Shown one piece after another: positions 16,714 to 25,751 of a stretch of DNA of 64,000 nt. Positions within the stretch are counted from its first letter, which is position 1, and each line of letters opens with the position of its first letter. Position numbers and translations under genes: made by a program. Location: contig CAYNEI010000001.1 in NCBI GenBank assembly GCA_964396185.1, positions 76,014 through 140,013 of the forward strand, given 5' to 3'. Source of the DNA: an uncultured Thermoplasmatales archaeon (lineage in GTDB: Archaea; Thermoplasmatota; SW-10-69-26). The notes beneath the pieces are model-generated. The model was not told where the DNA came from and did not search any database. It saw only the letters and a list, made by a program, of their open reading frames with translations.

Positions 16714-18417
16714 CTAGTTGGATCGCACGCGCCGAGCCACCAAGCCCACCAGGCTGGCCAAGAGCACGGTGAGCAAGGCGCCTGGACCCGGGGCTCCGTT
16801 GGAGCCGCCGTCGTCCTCGCCGTCGTCCCCGTCCTGGCCATCGCCACCGTCGTTGGAGGGCGGGTCGCTGGATTGCGGGACGAGCGTCACGGTGTCCAGG
16901 GTGTGGCCCTCGTGGACCAGGCTCACCTGCACCGAGCCTTGGTTGGTGGGCACCGTAGCGGTGACCAGGCCCGAGCTCTCCTTGCTGACGGGCACGATGT
17001 CCCCTCCTGGCACGATGATCTCGGCCGAGGCTAGATCTGCGAGCTCCACCAGGAAGGTCTGCTGCGACTGATCGAACAGCGTACCGTTTCCGGGGCTCAA
17101 GATGTGGGGCCCGGTCTGGTTGGCTGAGCTCTGGCCGGGCTCGCCCGTGGTACCATCCCCGGTGCTGGATTCGCCAGGGATCGTCTCGGCCTGGGCCGGG
17201 TGCACGCGGATGGGGTGCGTGGCCTCGACGGCGTTGCCGTTGCGATCCACGCCGCTCACGGTGATCGAGTAGTTGCCTGGCTCCAGGAACGTGTGGGTGG
17301 TCTTGGAGCCGACCTGCTCGCTGGAGTCGTCACCGAAGTTCCAGCGCAGGCGCGCGAGCTCTTCGGCGGGCTCGGCGCGGAACTGGGTGCGCACGTCCTC
17401 GCGCACGTGGTCTGGAGCGAAGATGGTGAGATCCGTGGGCTGCTCGAGCACGCGCAGGAAGAGCGTGCGTCGCTGGGAGGCCGAGGCGTTGTCGGTGACC
17501 GTGAGCACGACCGGGTAGCGGCCGGGCTCGTCGTAGCTGAGCTCGATGGTCGGGCCGTCCAGGTGCGTACCGTTGTCCAGGCCCCACTCGAAGCTCTCGA
17601 TCGTACCATCGGGGTCCGTGGTCCCCGAGGCGTTGAGCACGATGGTGTCGCCCACGAGCGCGGGTTTGGGCGTGACGTCGACACGGATGTCCGGGCGCTG
17701 GGTCAACACCGCGTCCACGAGCACCCAACCTGGCTCCAGGCTGGCCTCACTGTCCCAGGAGGCCACCCAGTAGCGCATGGCCGGGCTGTAGGCGAACCGG
17801 GTCTTCTCGGCGGCGGGCTCCGGTGTCGAGGTGTTGCGCGAGCTCGTGGTGACCTCGTAGGTCTCGAACGTGCCGAACGGTACCGTGGTGTTGGTGGGGT
17901 CGTCCGAGACGCGCGAGGTGTAGATGCGCTCGCCCTGGGAGGTGCCTGCGGGCTGCCCGTTGAGCACGCGGCTCGTGCTCACCGAGGAGAGCACCTCGTC
18001 GTCCCGGTGCTGCATGATCTTGTACCACGGGATGGGCACTGCGGGGTCGAAGCCGTTGACCTGGCGTAGGTGGTCGCTGCCCGTGTAGATGTCCGTCTGC
18101 ACGAACACGGTTTTGAGAGTGTCCACCCGGATCTCGGCCACGGAGATCACCACGCTGCCGTTGGCCGACGTGGTGGTGCGCACGCTCCATGTCTCCATGG
18201 CCCCCCGGGAGCCGGGGCTTTGCACCTCGTGGCGGTCGATGATCTTGGTGACGGAGCGCTGGCCGTCCTGGTTCTCGAAGACCCAGGTCATGCCCTCGTG
18301 CCAGTTGGGCGAGCTGGGCCGTTCTGCGCTGGCTGTGGTGAGCGTGAACGTCGCCGCTAGCAAGAGCAGCGTGAGGATGGCTGGCGTGAGGCTGCGCTGG
18401 GAGATCACCGACACCAT
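16714..18417 (-). CDS. Anchored surface protein with two PKD domains (567 aa)
   Basis: Signal peptide is MVSVISQRSLTPAILTLLLLAATFTLTTASA. PKD signatures are ASGTTDPDGTIESFEWGLDNG..GRYPVVLTVTDN and WNFGDDSSEQ..GNYSITVSGVDRNGN. An acidic Gly/Asp linker is followed by the C-terminal APGPGALLTVLLASLVGLVARRVRSN anchor. Confidence 0.9.
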   Translation of the reverse strand: MVSVISQRSLTPAILTLLLLAATFTLTTASAERPSSPNWHEGMTWVFENQDGQRSVTKIIDRHEVQSPGSRGAMETWSVRTTTSANGSVVISVAEIRVDTLKTVFVQTDIYTGSDHLRQVNGFDPAVPIPWYKIMQHRDDEVLSSVSTSRVLNGQPAGTSQGERIYTSRVSDDPTNTTVPFGTFETYEVTTSSRNTSTPEPAAEKTRFAYSPAMRYWVASWDSEASLEPGWVLVDAVLTQRPDIRVDVTPKPALVGDTIVLNASGTTDPDGTIESFEWGLDNGTHLDGPTIELSYDEPGRYPVVLTVTDNASASQRRTLFLRVLEQPTDLTIFAPDHVREDVRTQFRAEPAEELARLRWNFGDDSSEQVGSKTTHTFLEPGNYSITVSGVDRNGNAVEATHPIRVHPAQAETIPGESSTGDGTTGEPGQSSANQTGPHILSPGNGTLFDQSQQTFLVELADLASAEIIVPGGDIVPVSKESSGLVTATVPTNQGSVQVSLVHEGHTLDTVTLVPQSSDPPSNDGGDGQDGDDGEDDGGSNGAPGPGALLTVLLASLVGLVARRVRSN

Positions 18418-18440
18418 GGGCGGGTGTAACCCATGGGCTC

Positions 18441-18447
18441 AATAAAC
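18441..18447 (-). promoter_or_regulatory. TATA-like box (GTTTATT on the minus strand) about 27 nt upstream of the 18417 ATG; implies a leaderless mRNA
   Basis: Minus-strand reading is aaaggTTTATTgagcccatgggttacacccgcccATG. No SD lies between the box and the start. Confidence 0.5.
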
Positions 18448-18580
18448 CTTTGTTCTGCCACGCTGGGGGGCGTGCATCGTCCGCTTCGTCTGAACATCCC
18501 CTCAAGGACTGTTCGACTCCCGAGACCCGATGGCTCCCGATCGGTGGACCGACCCCCGGCCAGACCGTCCAGCATGGGTC

Positions 18581-18587
18581 TTATATA
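18581..18587 (+). promoter_or_regulatory. TATA-like box (TTATATA) upstream of the HTH-ImmA/IrrE gene
   Basis: gggtcTTATATAcgctcg lies about 50 nt upstream of ATG 18634, with GGGAGG at 18615-18620 in between. Confidence 0.45.
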
Positions 18588-18633
18588 CGCTCGTATCTCG
18601 ACTCTTGTACAGCCGGGAGGATGGGTGATCCTT

Positions 18634-19779
18634 ATGACGCGTGTCGAGGTCCAACCGGAACTCCTGCAATGGGCCCGAAACCGGGCCAGGGTTCCAAGGG
18701 AGGATCTCATCGACCGATTCCCCAAGCTACCTGAATGGGAACGCGGCGACTGGCAGCCCACCCTGAAGCAACTCGAAGGCTACGCGAAGAAGACACACAC
18801 GCCCATCGGTTACTTCTTCTTACCTGAGCCGCCCGTCGAGGACGTACCGATCCCAGACCTCCGGACCATCGGGCTGGAGGGACTGCGACAGCCGAGCCCG
18901 GATCTGCTGGACACCATCTACGTCTGTCAGCAACGCCAGGAATGGTACCGAGATTTCGCCAGAGCATCCCGCCGAAACCCCCTCGACTTCGTTGGATCTG
19001 CGAGCCTCGGCGACGACGCGTCAGTGATCGCAAGGCGCATCAGGGACGAGCTTGAGTTCGACATCACAGAGCGGGCCGAGTTCTCTACGTGGACGCAGGC
19101 ACTCCGTGAGTCGATCCGCCAGGCGGACGCCGCGGGGATCCTCGTGATGGTCAACGGCGTCGTGGGGAACAACAACTACCGGAAGCTCGACCCCGAGGAG
19201 TTCCGAGGCTTCGCCCTCTCGGACGAATACGCACCGTTGGTGTTCATCAACGGCTCGGATACGAAGGCCGCGCAAATGTTCACGTTGGCCCACGAACTCG
19301 CCCACATCTGGCTCGGGCGCTCCGCCCTCTCGGATGTTCAAGCCGCAAGCAAGCCCGAACACAGCGTCGAACGATGGTGCAACCAGGTGGCAGCGGAGGT
19401 CCTGGTCCCATTGGATGCTCTGGAACGAGCATACCGCTCGAGCGACCCCCTGCAGAGCGAGATGGAGCGGCTGGCCCGAGTGTTCAAAGTGAGCACCCTC
19501 GTCATCCTCCGCCGAATCCACGATGCCGGCGGTCTTACGGAGGAGCAGATGTGGCACGAGTTCCGGAGGGAAAACGCCCGTCTGAAAGAACTCTCTGCAG
19601 GTGGACGCGGCGGGAACTTCTACAACACGCTGACCTCTCGTGTTGGCAATCGGTTCGCTCAAGCGCTCGTCGAAAGCACCCTGGAAGGACAGACCCTACG
19701 TCGTGACGCGCTGCGTATGCTCGGAATCTCCAAGCTCGAGACTTTCCACAAGTTGGGTCAGCGAATGGGAGTCGCCTGA
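18634..19779 (+). CDS. XRE-type HTH fused to ImmA/IrrE (Peptidase_M78/COG2856) zinc metallopeptidase domain (381 aa from ATG 18634)
   Basis: The N-terminus VQPELLQWARNRARVPREDLIDRFPKLPEWERGDWQPTLKQLEGYAKKTHTPIGYFFLPEPP has the characteristic HTH/..FFLPEPP arrangement. The HExxH motif is in FTLAHELAHIWLG. The track ORF starts at 18433, but its first 67 codons are Arg/Pro-rich spacer. Confidence 0.85.
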   Translation: MTRVEVQPELLQWARNRARVPREDLIDRFPKLPEWERGDWQPTLKQLEGYAKKTHTPIGYFFLPEPPVEDVPIPDLRTIGLEGLRQPSPDLLDTIYVCQQRQEWYRDFARASRRNPLDFVGSASLGDDASVIARRIRDELEFDITERAEFSTWTQALRESIRQADAAGILVMVNGVVGNNNYRKLDPEEFRGFALSDEYAPLVFINGSDTKAAQMFTLAHELAHIWLGRSALSDVQAASKPEHSVERWCNQVAAEVLVPLDALERAYRSSDPLQSEMERLARVFKVSTLVILRRIHDAGGLTEEQMWHEFRRENARLKELSAGGRGGNFYNTLTSRVGNRFAQALVESTLEGQTLRRDALRMLGISKLETFHKLGQRMGVA

Positions 19780-20270
19780 TGCCGTACCGGCTCGAAACGA
19801 ACGTGTTCATCGAGGCCAAGGACCGGTCCTACGGCTTCGACTTCTGCCCGGCCTTCTGGGACTGGCTCCGCGCCGCCAACCGTCAAGGCAGTGTGTTGAG
19901 TTTCGAGAAGGTGCGGGATGAGATCCAGGCCGCCGATGACGAGCTCTCGGATTGGGCCTCGAACCTGGGAAGCGAGTTCTTCCTAGAGCCTGATGCGAGC
20001 GTCGTGAACGCACTCGGCCGGGTGAGCGATTGGGCTACGAGCCAAGACTACGAACCCGGTGCCGTGAATCGGTTCCTGGAGGTGGCGGACTATTACCTCG
20101 TGGCGCACGCGCTGGCGGGAGAACAGATCATCGTGACGCACGAGGTCCCTTCGAACTCCCTCAGGAAGATCAAGATCCCCAACGCCTGCAGCGGCCTTGA
20201 CATCAAGTTCATGACCACCTTCCAGATGCTTAGTACCGAGCGAGCCCGGTTCGTGCTACAGGCCCCGTGA
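19779..20270 (+). CDS. DUF4411-family (PIN-like) protein, partner of the ImmA/IrrE gene (163 aa)
   Basis: MPYRLETNVFIEAKDRSYGFDFCPAFWDWL.. matches the DUF4411 N-terminal signature (..D.NVFIEA.. ..CP.FWDWL). Its ATG overlaps the upstream TGA by 1 nt (cctgATGcc). Confidence 0.8.
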   Translation: MPYRLETNVFIEAKDRSYGFDFCPAFWDWLRAANRQGSVLSFEKVRDEIQAADDELSDWASNLGSEFFLEPDASVVNALGRVSDWATSQDYEPGAVNRFLEVADYYLVAHALAGEQIIVTHEVPSNSLRKIKIPNACSGLDIKFMTTFQMLSTERARFVLQAP

Positions 20271-20311
20271 TGGGACCTGGGAGGGAGTCGGGGCGAACGG
20301 GCTGGACTGGG

Positions 20312-23300
20312 TCAACTTCCCGGAGCGTCGAGCGTTGCCAGGGCCAACCCCGTGGCCAGGGCCTGGCTCGAGGCGCCATCCAGGGTCCACGTGAACCCGC
20401 CGTCGGTGGAGAGCTGGTAGGGTCCCAGCGCCTGGGTGTCCAGCCCGCTCAAGGCGCGGTAGGCCACAGCATCCAGGGTGTCGCCCAGGATCTCGGTCTC
20501 CGGGCTGGCCCCGAGGGCGGCCAGGGCTTGGCGCTGGGCGAAGGCCTCGGCGGGTGAGCGGGGCTGGCCTGCCTCCAGGTAGCGTGTGATCTGCGCGGTC
20601 CACCAGGGGTCCAGGGCATCGAGCTGGCCGGTGGTCTCCAGGGCTGTGAGCAGCAGGCCCGTGGCCTCCAGGCTCGAAGCCGGGTGCGCCGAGGCCAACC
20701 CGGCGCTGCCATCCCAGCGCACTAGCGCACCCGGGTCCACGGGTGGGGCTTGGTCGAGCACGGCCAGCGCGCTGGAGGCCAGGCCCGTGGCCACCGCCGA
20801 GGCGGGTTGCCCGGGGCGCCAGGCGAAGCCCGGACCGGCTTGCAGCGAGGCGAGGTAGCTGGACGTGGACGGGCTCTGCGTGGCCCCCATGGCGTCGAGG
20901 CCCTGGACCGCCCACGCTGTGGCTCTCAGGCTGTCGTCGTAGGCGCCGGCCTGTTCGCGCCCGGCCAGCAACGCCGCGGCGGCCTCGGTGTCCATCTCGT
21001 CGTCGGTGCGGTGGGCGCTTGGATCCGTGCCGCCGGCGATGTGCTGGATGCGCGCGGTGGTGGTGGCGGCGTCATCCTCCGGGAGGCCCTGGCCAGGCGA
21101 TGGCACGAGGATCGAGGCAGCGAGGTCCTTGGGCTCGCCGGGGGCCGGAGCCACGGCGTGGACGACGGCCTCGTAGTCCCCGCTGGGCACGCCAGCCAGA
21201 TCCAGGGCCAGAGAGAATGCGCCCTGGGCGTCTGCCGTGGTCTCGGCGGTGAGCGTGAGCTCAGGGATCTCGACGGTGACGCTGGCCAAGGGCTCGGTGG
21301 TCCCTTCCACGCTGCCAGGGGCCGACGACGTGGCGTCCAGGGGGATGCGGTCCACGGTGAAGCTCCAGGCCGCTGCTGGCACGTCCACGGAGCCCTCCTT
21401 GGTGACCAGGCCACCGTCGTGGATCGCCCGGGCGTAGACCGTGAGGTCCATGGGATCGAGGTCCTGGGATGGGTAGAGGATCACGCCCCAGCTCTGGCCG
21501 CCGTCCGGGCTGAACGGGGGATCCTCGAAGGTGGCTGAGAAGAGCTCGTCGCCTTCCAGGGTGCGCAGGTCGATGAAGAGCTCCTGGATGTCGTCTTGGG
21601 AAAGCGGGTTGCCGTGTTGGTCCTGGGCGCCGAGCGCGATGGCCATGGGTTCGTGGCCGTCGAAGTCCCGGGTTGGTTCGACCACATCGCCGCCGATGCC
21701 GCCGTCCATGAACTTCTCGAGCCCCTGGAAGGTGCCCACGAGCTCCGGGGTCACCCGGTAGGTCTGCATGGATGTGAACGTGCCTGCCTCTGGGGCATCC
21801 AGGGGGTCAGGCGCGATGACGAGCGGGCGAACCCAGGATCCCCACACGTCGGGGCCTTGGCTGAGCACCGTGTAGGCCGGGTCTGTTAGCAGGGAGCCGT
21901 CGGCGAGCTCGCCCGCGTTGGCGACCTCGACGGTGGTCTCATCGGAGGCCCGGGGGGCCAGGCTGAACTGCTGCGTGGGCGTGGGCAGGACGACCCGGGG
22001 GGACAGGGGTGCATCGAGCAACCGGGTCGCATGCGTGAGCTCGCCGCTCAAGCGGTCCACGGGGGCCACGTCGGCCAGGCGAGCCGTGGTCTCCACGGCG
22101 TGCGCGATGGGCTCGCCGTTCAGGCTGTGGCTATCGACGATGGTCCATAACTGGTCCTCGGTCACGATGGTTCGCTCGACCACGAGGAGATCGTCGACGA
22201 GGTAGGCCGCGGCCTTGCGTCCCTGCGGCGCGCTGGGGTGCTCCCAGACCAGCGCGCTCCCGTCCCGGTTGGCCTCCCCGAGCGTGCTTGGGCCAGCAGC
22301 GGTGACCACACTGTGGGTGTCCAGGATCTCGACCAGTCGCACGCCGTCGCGGGTGAGGTTGTGCACCACGGGTCGCCCGGCGTCGTTGATCTCCATGGAG
22401 AAGGTGTTCTCGGCGCTGTCGACCTCATCGCTTCCCGCGCTGGGCTCGCCCGCGCTCGGCGAGCCATCCAGCCCAGTGGGCTCGTTGGACTCTGTGGAGC
22501 CGGTGGATCCATCCGGCTGCTCGGCGGGCGCGAGAGGACCCAGGGAGCCCACGGAAGCCGGGGAGGCCAGGGAAACCGGGGAGGCCAGGGAAACCGGGGA
22601 GGCCAGGGAAGCCGGGGAGCTCAGCCGAGGTTGTGGGCCTTGGTCATCGAGCTCGATGAGCTCTCCGGCGCTCACGCGCCAGCTCCGTGGCCCGGGTTCA
22701 TCGAGCACGAGCTTGGTGGTCTCCATAGAGCCGTCGGGTTGGTGGACGGCGAGGTGGGCCACGAAGACCTCTCCCGGGGCCATGTCCGCTGTGAGGAGGA
22801 TGTCGTTGGCGCCAGGCCCCGCATCGGTCGGGAGCAGGGGGATGGCGATGGCCCGCATGGCCGCGGCGTACTGGGGCGAGGCGACCCCAGGGGGCTGGAC
22901 GCGCTCCGGCCAGAAGCCGCCCTGCTCGAGCGTGGCCTCGATGGGCAGGCGCCACTCGCCGGTGGGCCCGGTGGCGATCCCGGTGGCGAAGTCGGGGGAG
23001 AGGTCGACGTAGGATCCCCAGGGGCCTGCCGGCGACCAGCCCACCATCTGGAGGTTCATCACGGTGCCAGGCGGCGTGGGCTGCCGGAACTCGAACCCGG
23101 GCGCTTCCACATCCCCTTGGGAGGCGTCGATGTCGCCGTTCTCGACTTGGAGCTGGGCGTGGTCCAGGTACATAGCACGCGTGAAGCTCGTGGGCACGGG
23201 GCTGGATGCCCCCGATCCGTCCGGCAGCGTGGTGCGCGGGTGCGTCGTCCAGGTGGCTTCGAGCACGTTGGACCAGTCGTCCCGGTGCTCCCATTGGAAG

Positions 23301-23854
23301 GTGCCCTGTTGGCCTGTGGGGGTGTGCTCGACCTGGTAGGCGTCATACGAGCCGCTCCAGGCCTTGATGTGGCCGACGTTGTCCCCGTCGGCGACGAGCG
23401 CGCCCTCCTGCATGCCGGTCCAGAGGTAGTAGTTGTCCGCGAAGGTGTCCTTCGGGGCTGGAGAGATCCCGCCGGCGATGACCCCGAGACCGCCCATCCA
23501 CTCCTCAGCACCCTCGCCAGGCGACCATGCCTCACGGGGCAGCGTCACAGTGTTCGAGACGTGGTCGCGCTCGAGGCGCTGGGTGCCATCCGGGACGTGG
23601 AACTGGGTGTTGATCGAGTAGCCGAGGTAGGCGGGCATGTCGTTGCCCTCGTGACCGTAGCCCGGCGAGACCAACGCGTTGAGCGCCATGTCCATCGCCA
23701 CGCCCCCGCCCTGACCGGAGGCCTGCACCGACGCAGAGGCGCCAGGGCTCACCTGGCCCATCGAGGGCCCCACAAGGGAGCCCAGGGGCCCCAGGGGCAC
23801 GAGCAGCATAGAAGCGACGACGAGGATGCTGACGAGATGTGGCTTGGCCTCCAT
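20312..23854 (-). CDS. Large secreted protein (1180 aa from ATG 23854) with a hexapeptide-repeat linker and a C-terminal alpha/alpha-repeat (prenyltransferase/terpenoid-cyclase-like) region
   Basis: GGAGGT lies 9 nt upstream of ATG 23854 and gives MEAKPHLVSILVVASMLLVPLGPLGSLVGPSMG (signal peptide). The track start at 23905 adds 17 unlikely codons. The C-terminal 300 aa have repeated ..A.A..AL/..GL helical pairs (SLRATAWAVQGLDAMG, SAVATGLASSALAVL, SLEATGLLLTALETTG, SQALATGLALATL). There is no C-terminal anchor. Confidence 0.8.
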   Translation of the reverse strand: MEAKPHLVSILVVASMLLVPLGPLGSLVGPSMGQVSPGASASVQASGQGGGVAMDMALNALVSPGYGHEGNDMPAYLGYSINTQFHVPDGTQRLERDHVSNTVTLPREAWSPGEGAEEWMGGLGVIAGGISPAPKDTFADNYYLWTGMQEGALVADGDNVGHIKAWSGSYDAYQVEHTPTGQQGTFQWEHRDDWSNVLEATWTTHPRTTLPDGSGASSPVPTSFTRAMYLDHAQLQVENGDIDASQGDVEAPGFEFRQPTPPGTVMNLQMVGWSPAGPWGSYVDLSPDFATGIATGPTGEWRLPIEATLEQGGFWPERVQPPGVASPQYAAAMRAIAIPLLPTDAGPGANDILLTADMAPGEVFVAHLAVHQPDGSMETTKLVLDEPGPRSWRVSAGELIELDDQGPQPRLSSPASLASPVSLASPVSLASPASVGSLGPLAPAEQPDGSTGSTESNEPTGLDGSPSAGEPSAGSDEVDSAENTFSMEINDAGRPVVHNLTRDGVRLVEILDTHSVVTAAGPSTLGEANRDGSALVWEHPSAPQGRKAAAYLVDDLLVVERTIVTEDQLWTIVDSHSLNGEPIAHAVETTARLADVAPVDRLSGELTHATRLLDAPLSPRVVLPTPTQQFSLAPRASDETTVEVANAGELADGSLLTDPAYTVLSQGPDVWGSWVRPLVIAPDPLDAPEAGTFTSMQTYRVTPELVGTFQGLEKFMDGGIGGDVVEPTRDFDGHEPMAIALGAQDQHGNPLSQDDIQELFIDLRTLEGDELFSATFEDPPFSPDGGQSWGVILYPSQDLDPMDLTVYARAIHDGGLVTKEGSVDVPAAAWSFTVDRIPLDATSSAPGSVEGTTEPLASVTVEIPELTLTAETTADAQGAFSLALDLAGVPSGDYEAVVHAVAPAPGEPKDLAASILVPSPGQGLPEDDAATTTARIQHIAGGTDPSAHRTDDEMDTEAAAALLAGREQAGAYDDSLRATAWAVQGLDAMGATQSPSTSSYLASLQAGPGFAWRPGQPASAVATGLASSALAVLDQAPPVDPGALVRWDGSAGLASAHPASSLEATGLLLTALETTGQLDALDPWWTAQITRYLEAGQPRSPAEAFAQRQALAALGASPETEILGDTLDAVAYRALSGLDTQALGPYQLSTDGGFTWTLDGASSQALATGLALATLDAPGS
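22553..22624. repeat. 18-bp tandem repeat x4 inside the 1180-aa gene (encodes SLASPV-type hexapeptides)
   Basis: ggaagccggggaggccag / ggaaaccggggaggccag / ggaaaccggggaggccag / ggaagccggggagctcag. The minus-strand translation is SSPASLASPVSLASPVSLASPASVGS. Confidence 0.95.
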
Positions 23855-24007
23855 GATGCATGGACCTCCTTCCCAGGAGCCTCTCAAGGACCCCAGCGCA
23901 TACACCAGGGAAAAAGTTTCCCCGCACCTTAGGGGGAGTGTGCCGAGGGCACGAGCCCGCGACAGGCGCTCTCGCCATGCGGGCGCCGCCGCGCCCGGGG
24001 TCAGCGG

Positions 24008-25357
24008 TCAGTCCAGCCAGCGCGCTGCGATCACGATGAGCAGCAAGACCACCAGGAACCCGATGCCCAGGGTTCGCCAGGGGATGTCTCGATCCTCGTC
24101 GGCGTGGTCATCGCCGTGGCCGTTGGCCTCGGCGTGCACATCATCACCCGGGAGCCAGAACAGGGGCTCCAGGGGCGCTTCCCCGTGGGCTTGGAGCAGC
24201 AGGCTTGCGGCGAACCGGTGGCTAGCGATGTAGCCGAGCCCCGAGCCGGCGGTGAGGATGGCGGAGTGCTCGTCCCCGGTGCTGTTGGCCTCGGCCAACC
24301 GGTTGGCCGCCGAGTTGTAGCTCTGGAGAGCCGCGCGGAGGTACGTCGAATTGCTCACGCCCGCATCGCCCGCGCCGTCCAAGGCGTGCAGGGTCTCAGG
24401 CAGCCGAAGCGCGTCCTCCAGGGTCGCCACCGCATCCTCCGCCTCGATGGAGAAGGCTTCCTCCTGGATCATGTGCTGGGCCACAGCAGACGGCTGTTGG
24501 CGCACGAGCGTGACCATAGCACCCAGGCTGGCCAGGGTGCGGTTGGCTTCCAGGTTGTCGTTGACCACGTTGGTGAGCTGCTGGTCGAAGCTGCGCTTGA
24601 GGTGCTCGACCTGCGGGACCCAGACCTCCAGGCGGGCGTGCAAGGTCTCGTTGGTGACCACGGGCCCCGTGGGTGAATCGGGCGCCTCGGCCAAGCTCTC
24701 GGAGAGCAACTCGGCGGCCAACTCGATCTCCCAGGCCGCAGCGTTGGACCACGCGATCAGGCCCAGGCGAACCTGTTGCTCGCGGTTGTCGTTGTTCCAG
24801 CCGCGGTCGAACTCGCCGTACGTGAACAGGGCAAGCTGGCCTTCGGCGAGCACGTCGCCAACGTGCAGGGTGCGGTCGAGCAACCACGGGTCCACGCCTC
24901 CGCGCTCGATGTTGCCCAGGCGCGCGTGGAGCCGGTCCACCTCGCTGACCGTGTCCTCGAAGAGATCCCGGCTGCGGGTGTAGATGGCCGCGTCCTGGTC
25001 GCTGGAGTCCTCGGTCTCGGTCTCCCAGATGGCCTGAGAGACGGCAGCGTGGAAGTTACGCAGCCCCTCCAGGGTCAAGTGCAGGTCCCCGGACTCGTAG
25101 AAGCGAGCCGCTCGGTTGAGCTCGACGGCGGCCTGGCCGATGGCCTGGTGGTTGGGGGCGGCCTCGTTGGCCTCGTTCCAGGTCCGGTTGGCCGCCCGGA
25201 GCTCCTCGAGCAAGACCCGGTCCAGGATCGGGTCCGGGTTCGGGGGCTCGAAGGGCAGATCCACCTGGGCGGTAGCCTGCATCGGGACCACGGATCCGAC
25301 CAGGAGCAAGAGGGCGACCGAGAGGATGGTTCGCGGGGATCCCCGCTGGAAGCGCAT
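24008..25357 (-). CDS. Secreted, predominantly alpha-helical protein with a C-terminal membrane anchor (449 aa from ATG 25357), function unknown
   Basis: The internal Met gives MRFQRGSPRTILSVALLLLVGSVVPMQATAQ (signal peptide). The upstream 172 codons of the track ORF are Arg/Ser-rich and overlap the vapB-like gene on the other strand. The C-terminus is IPWRTLGIGFLVVLLLIVIAARWLD. On the minus strand a T5 run (plus strand aaaaa 23911-23915) lies downstream of the stop. Confidence 0.75.
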   Translation of the reverse strand: MRFQRGSPRTILSVALLLLVGSVVPMQATAQVDLPFEPPNPDPILDRVLLEELRAANRTWNEANEAAPNHQAIGQAAVELNRAARFYESGDLHLTLEGLRNFHAAVSQAIWETETEDSSDQDAAIYTRSRDLFEDTVSEVDRLHARLGNIERGGVDPWLLDRTLHVGDVLAEGQLALFTYGEFDRGWNNDNREQQVRLGLIAWSNAAAWEIELAAELLSESLAEAPDSPTGPVVTNETLHARLEVWVPQVEHLKRSFDQQLTNVVNDNLEANRTLASLGAMVTLVRQQPSAVAQHMIQEEAFSIEAEDAVATLEDALRLPETLHALDGAGDAGVSNSTYLRAALQSYNSAANRLAEANSTGDEHSAILTAGSGLGYIASHRFAASLLLQAHGEAPLEPLFWLPGDDVHAEANGHGDDHADEDRDIPWRTLGIGFLVVLLLIVIAARWLD

Positions 25358-25502
25358 AGCCGGGCACACGGGCTCGTTCGCTTCAATGTTTCCAGTCCTC
25401 CCCCAGTGGTTGGAGGACCCCCGCGGGGCGCTCTGGAGGTCGTGTTCACCTCCGGGGCGTGGGTTGGCTGTGCGGCGGACGGTCAGGTCTCTTGTCTGTC
25501 CC

Positions 25503-25509
25503 TTTATAT
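25503..25509 (+). promoter_or_regulatory. TATA box (TTTATAT) centred about 27 nt upstream of ATG 25533; leaderless antitoxin mRNA
   Basis: ccTTTATATgttctgaggtcataccgtccgcgATGgca, with no SD. Confidence 0.6.
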
Positions 25510-25532
25510 GTTCTGAGGTCATACCGTCCGCG

Positions 25533-25751
25533 ATGGCAGATGTGGATCTCCGCCGGACCCTGGCGCAAGTGGAGTCCCTGGAGCGGGAGATCGAGCGCGT
25601 CAAGCGTGATCTTCTGCGGCATCTCTCCGAGGAGCATGCTGGAACGGAGCTGCCATCGCTGTACGGGACGGTCGCGGGTGGCGATATCCCGGATGAGCTG
25701 ATCCACGAAGCCCAACGCTCCCTCTTCCAAGGTGGCGACACTGGATCCTGA
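25533..25751 (+). CDS. Small antitoxin-like protein (72 aa), partner of the downstream PIN-domain gene
   Basis: MADVDLRRTLAQVESLEREIERVKRDLLRHL..LPSLYGTVAGGDIPDELIHEAQRSLFQGGDTGS has a coiled-coil N-terminus plus the ..LyG....DI..EeI.EA.rSLF tail seen in archaeal VapB-type antitoxins. It lies immediately upstream of the PIN ORF. Confidence 0.65.
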   Translation: MADVDLRRTLAQVESLEREIERVKRDLLRHLSEEHAGTELPSLYGTVAGGDIPDELIHEAQRSLFQGGDTGS

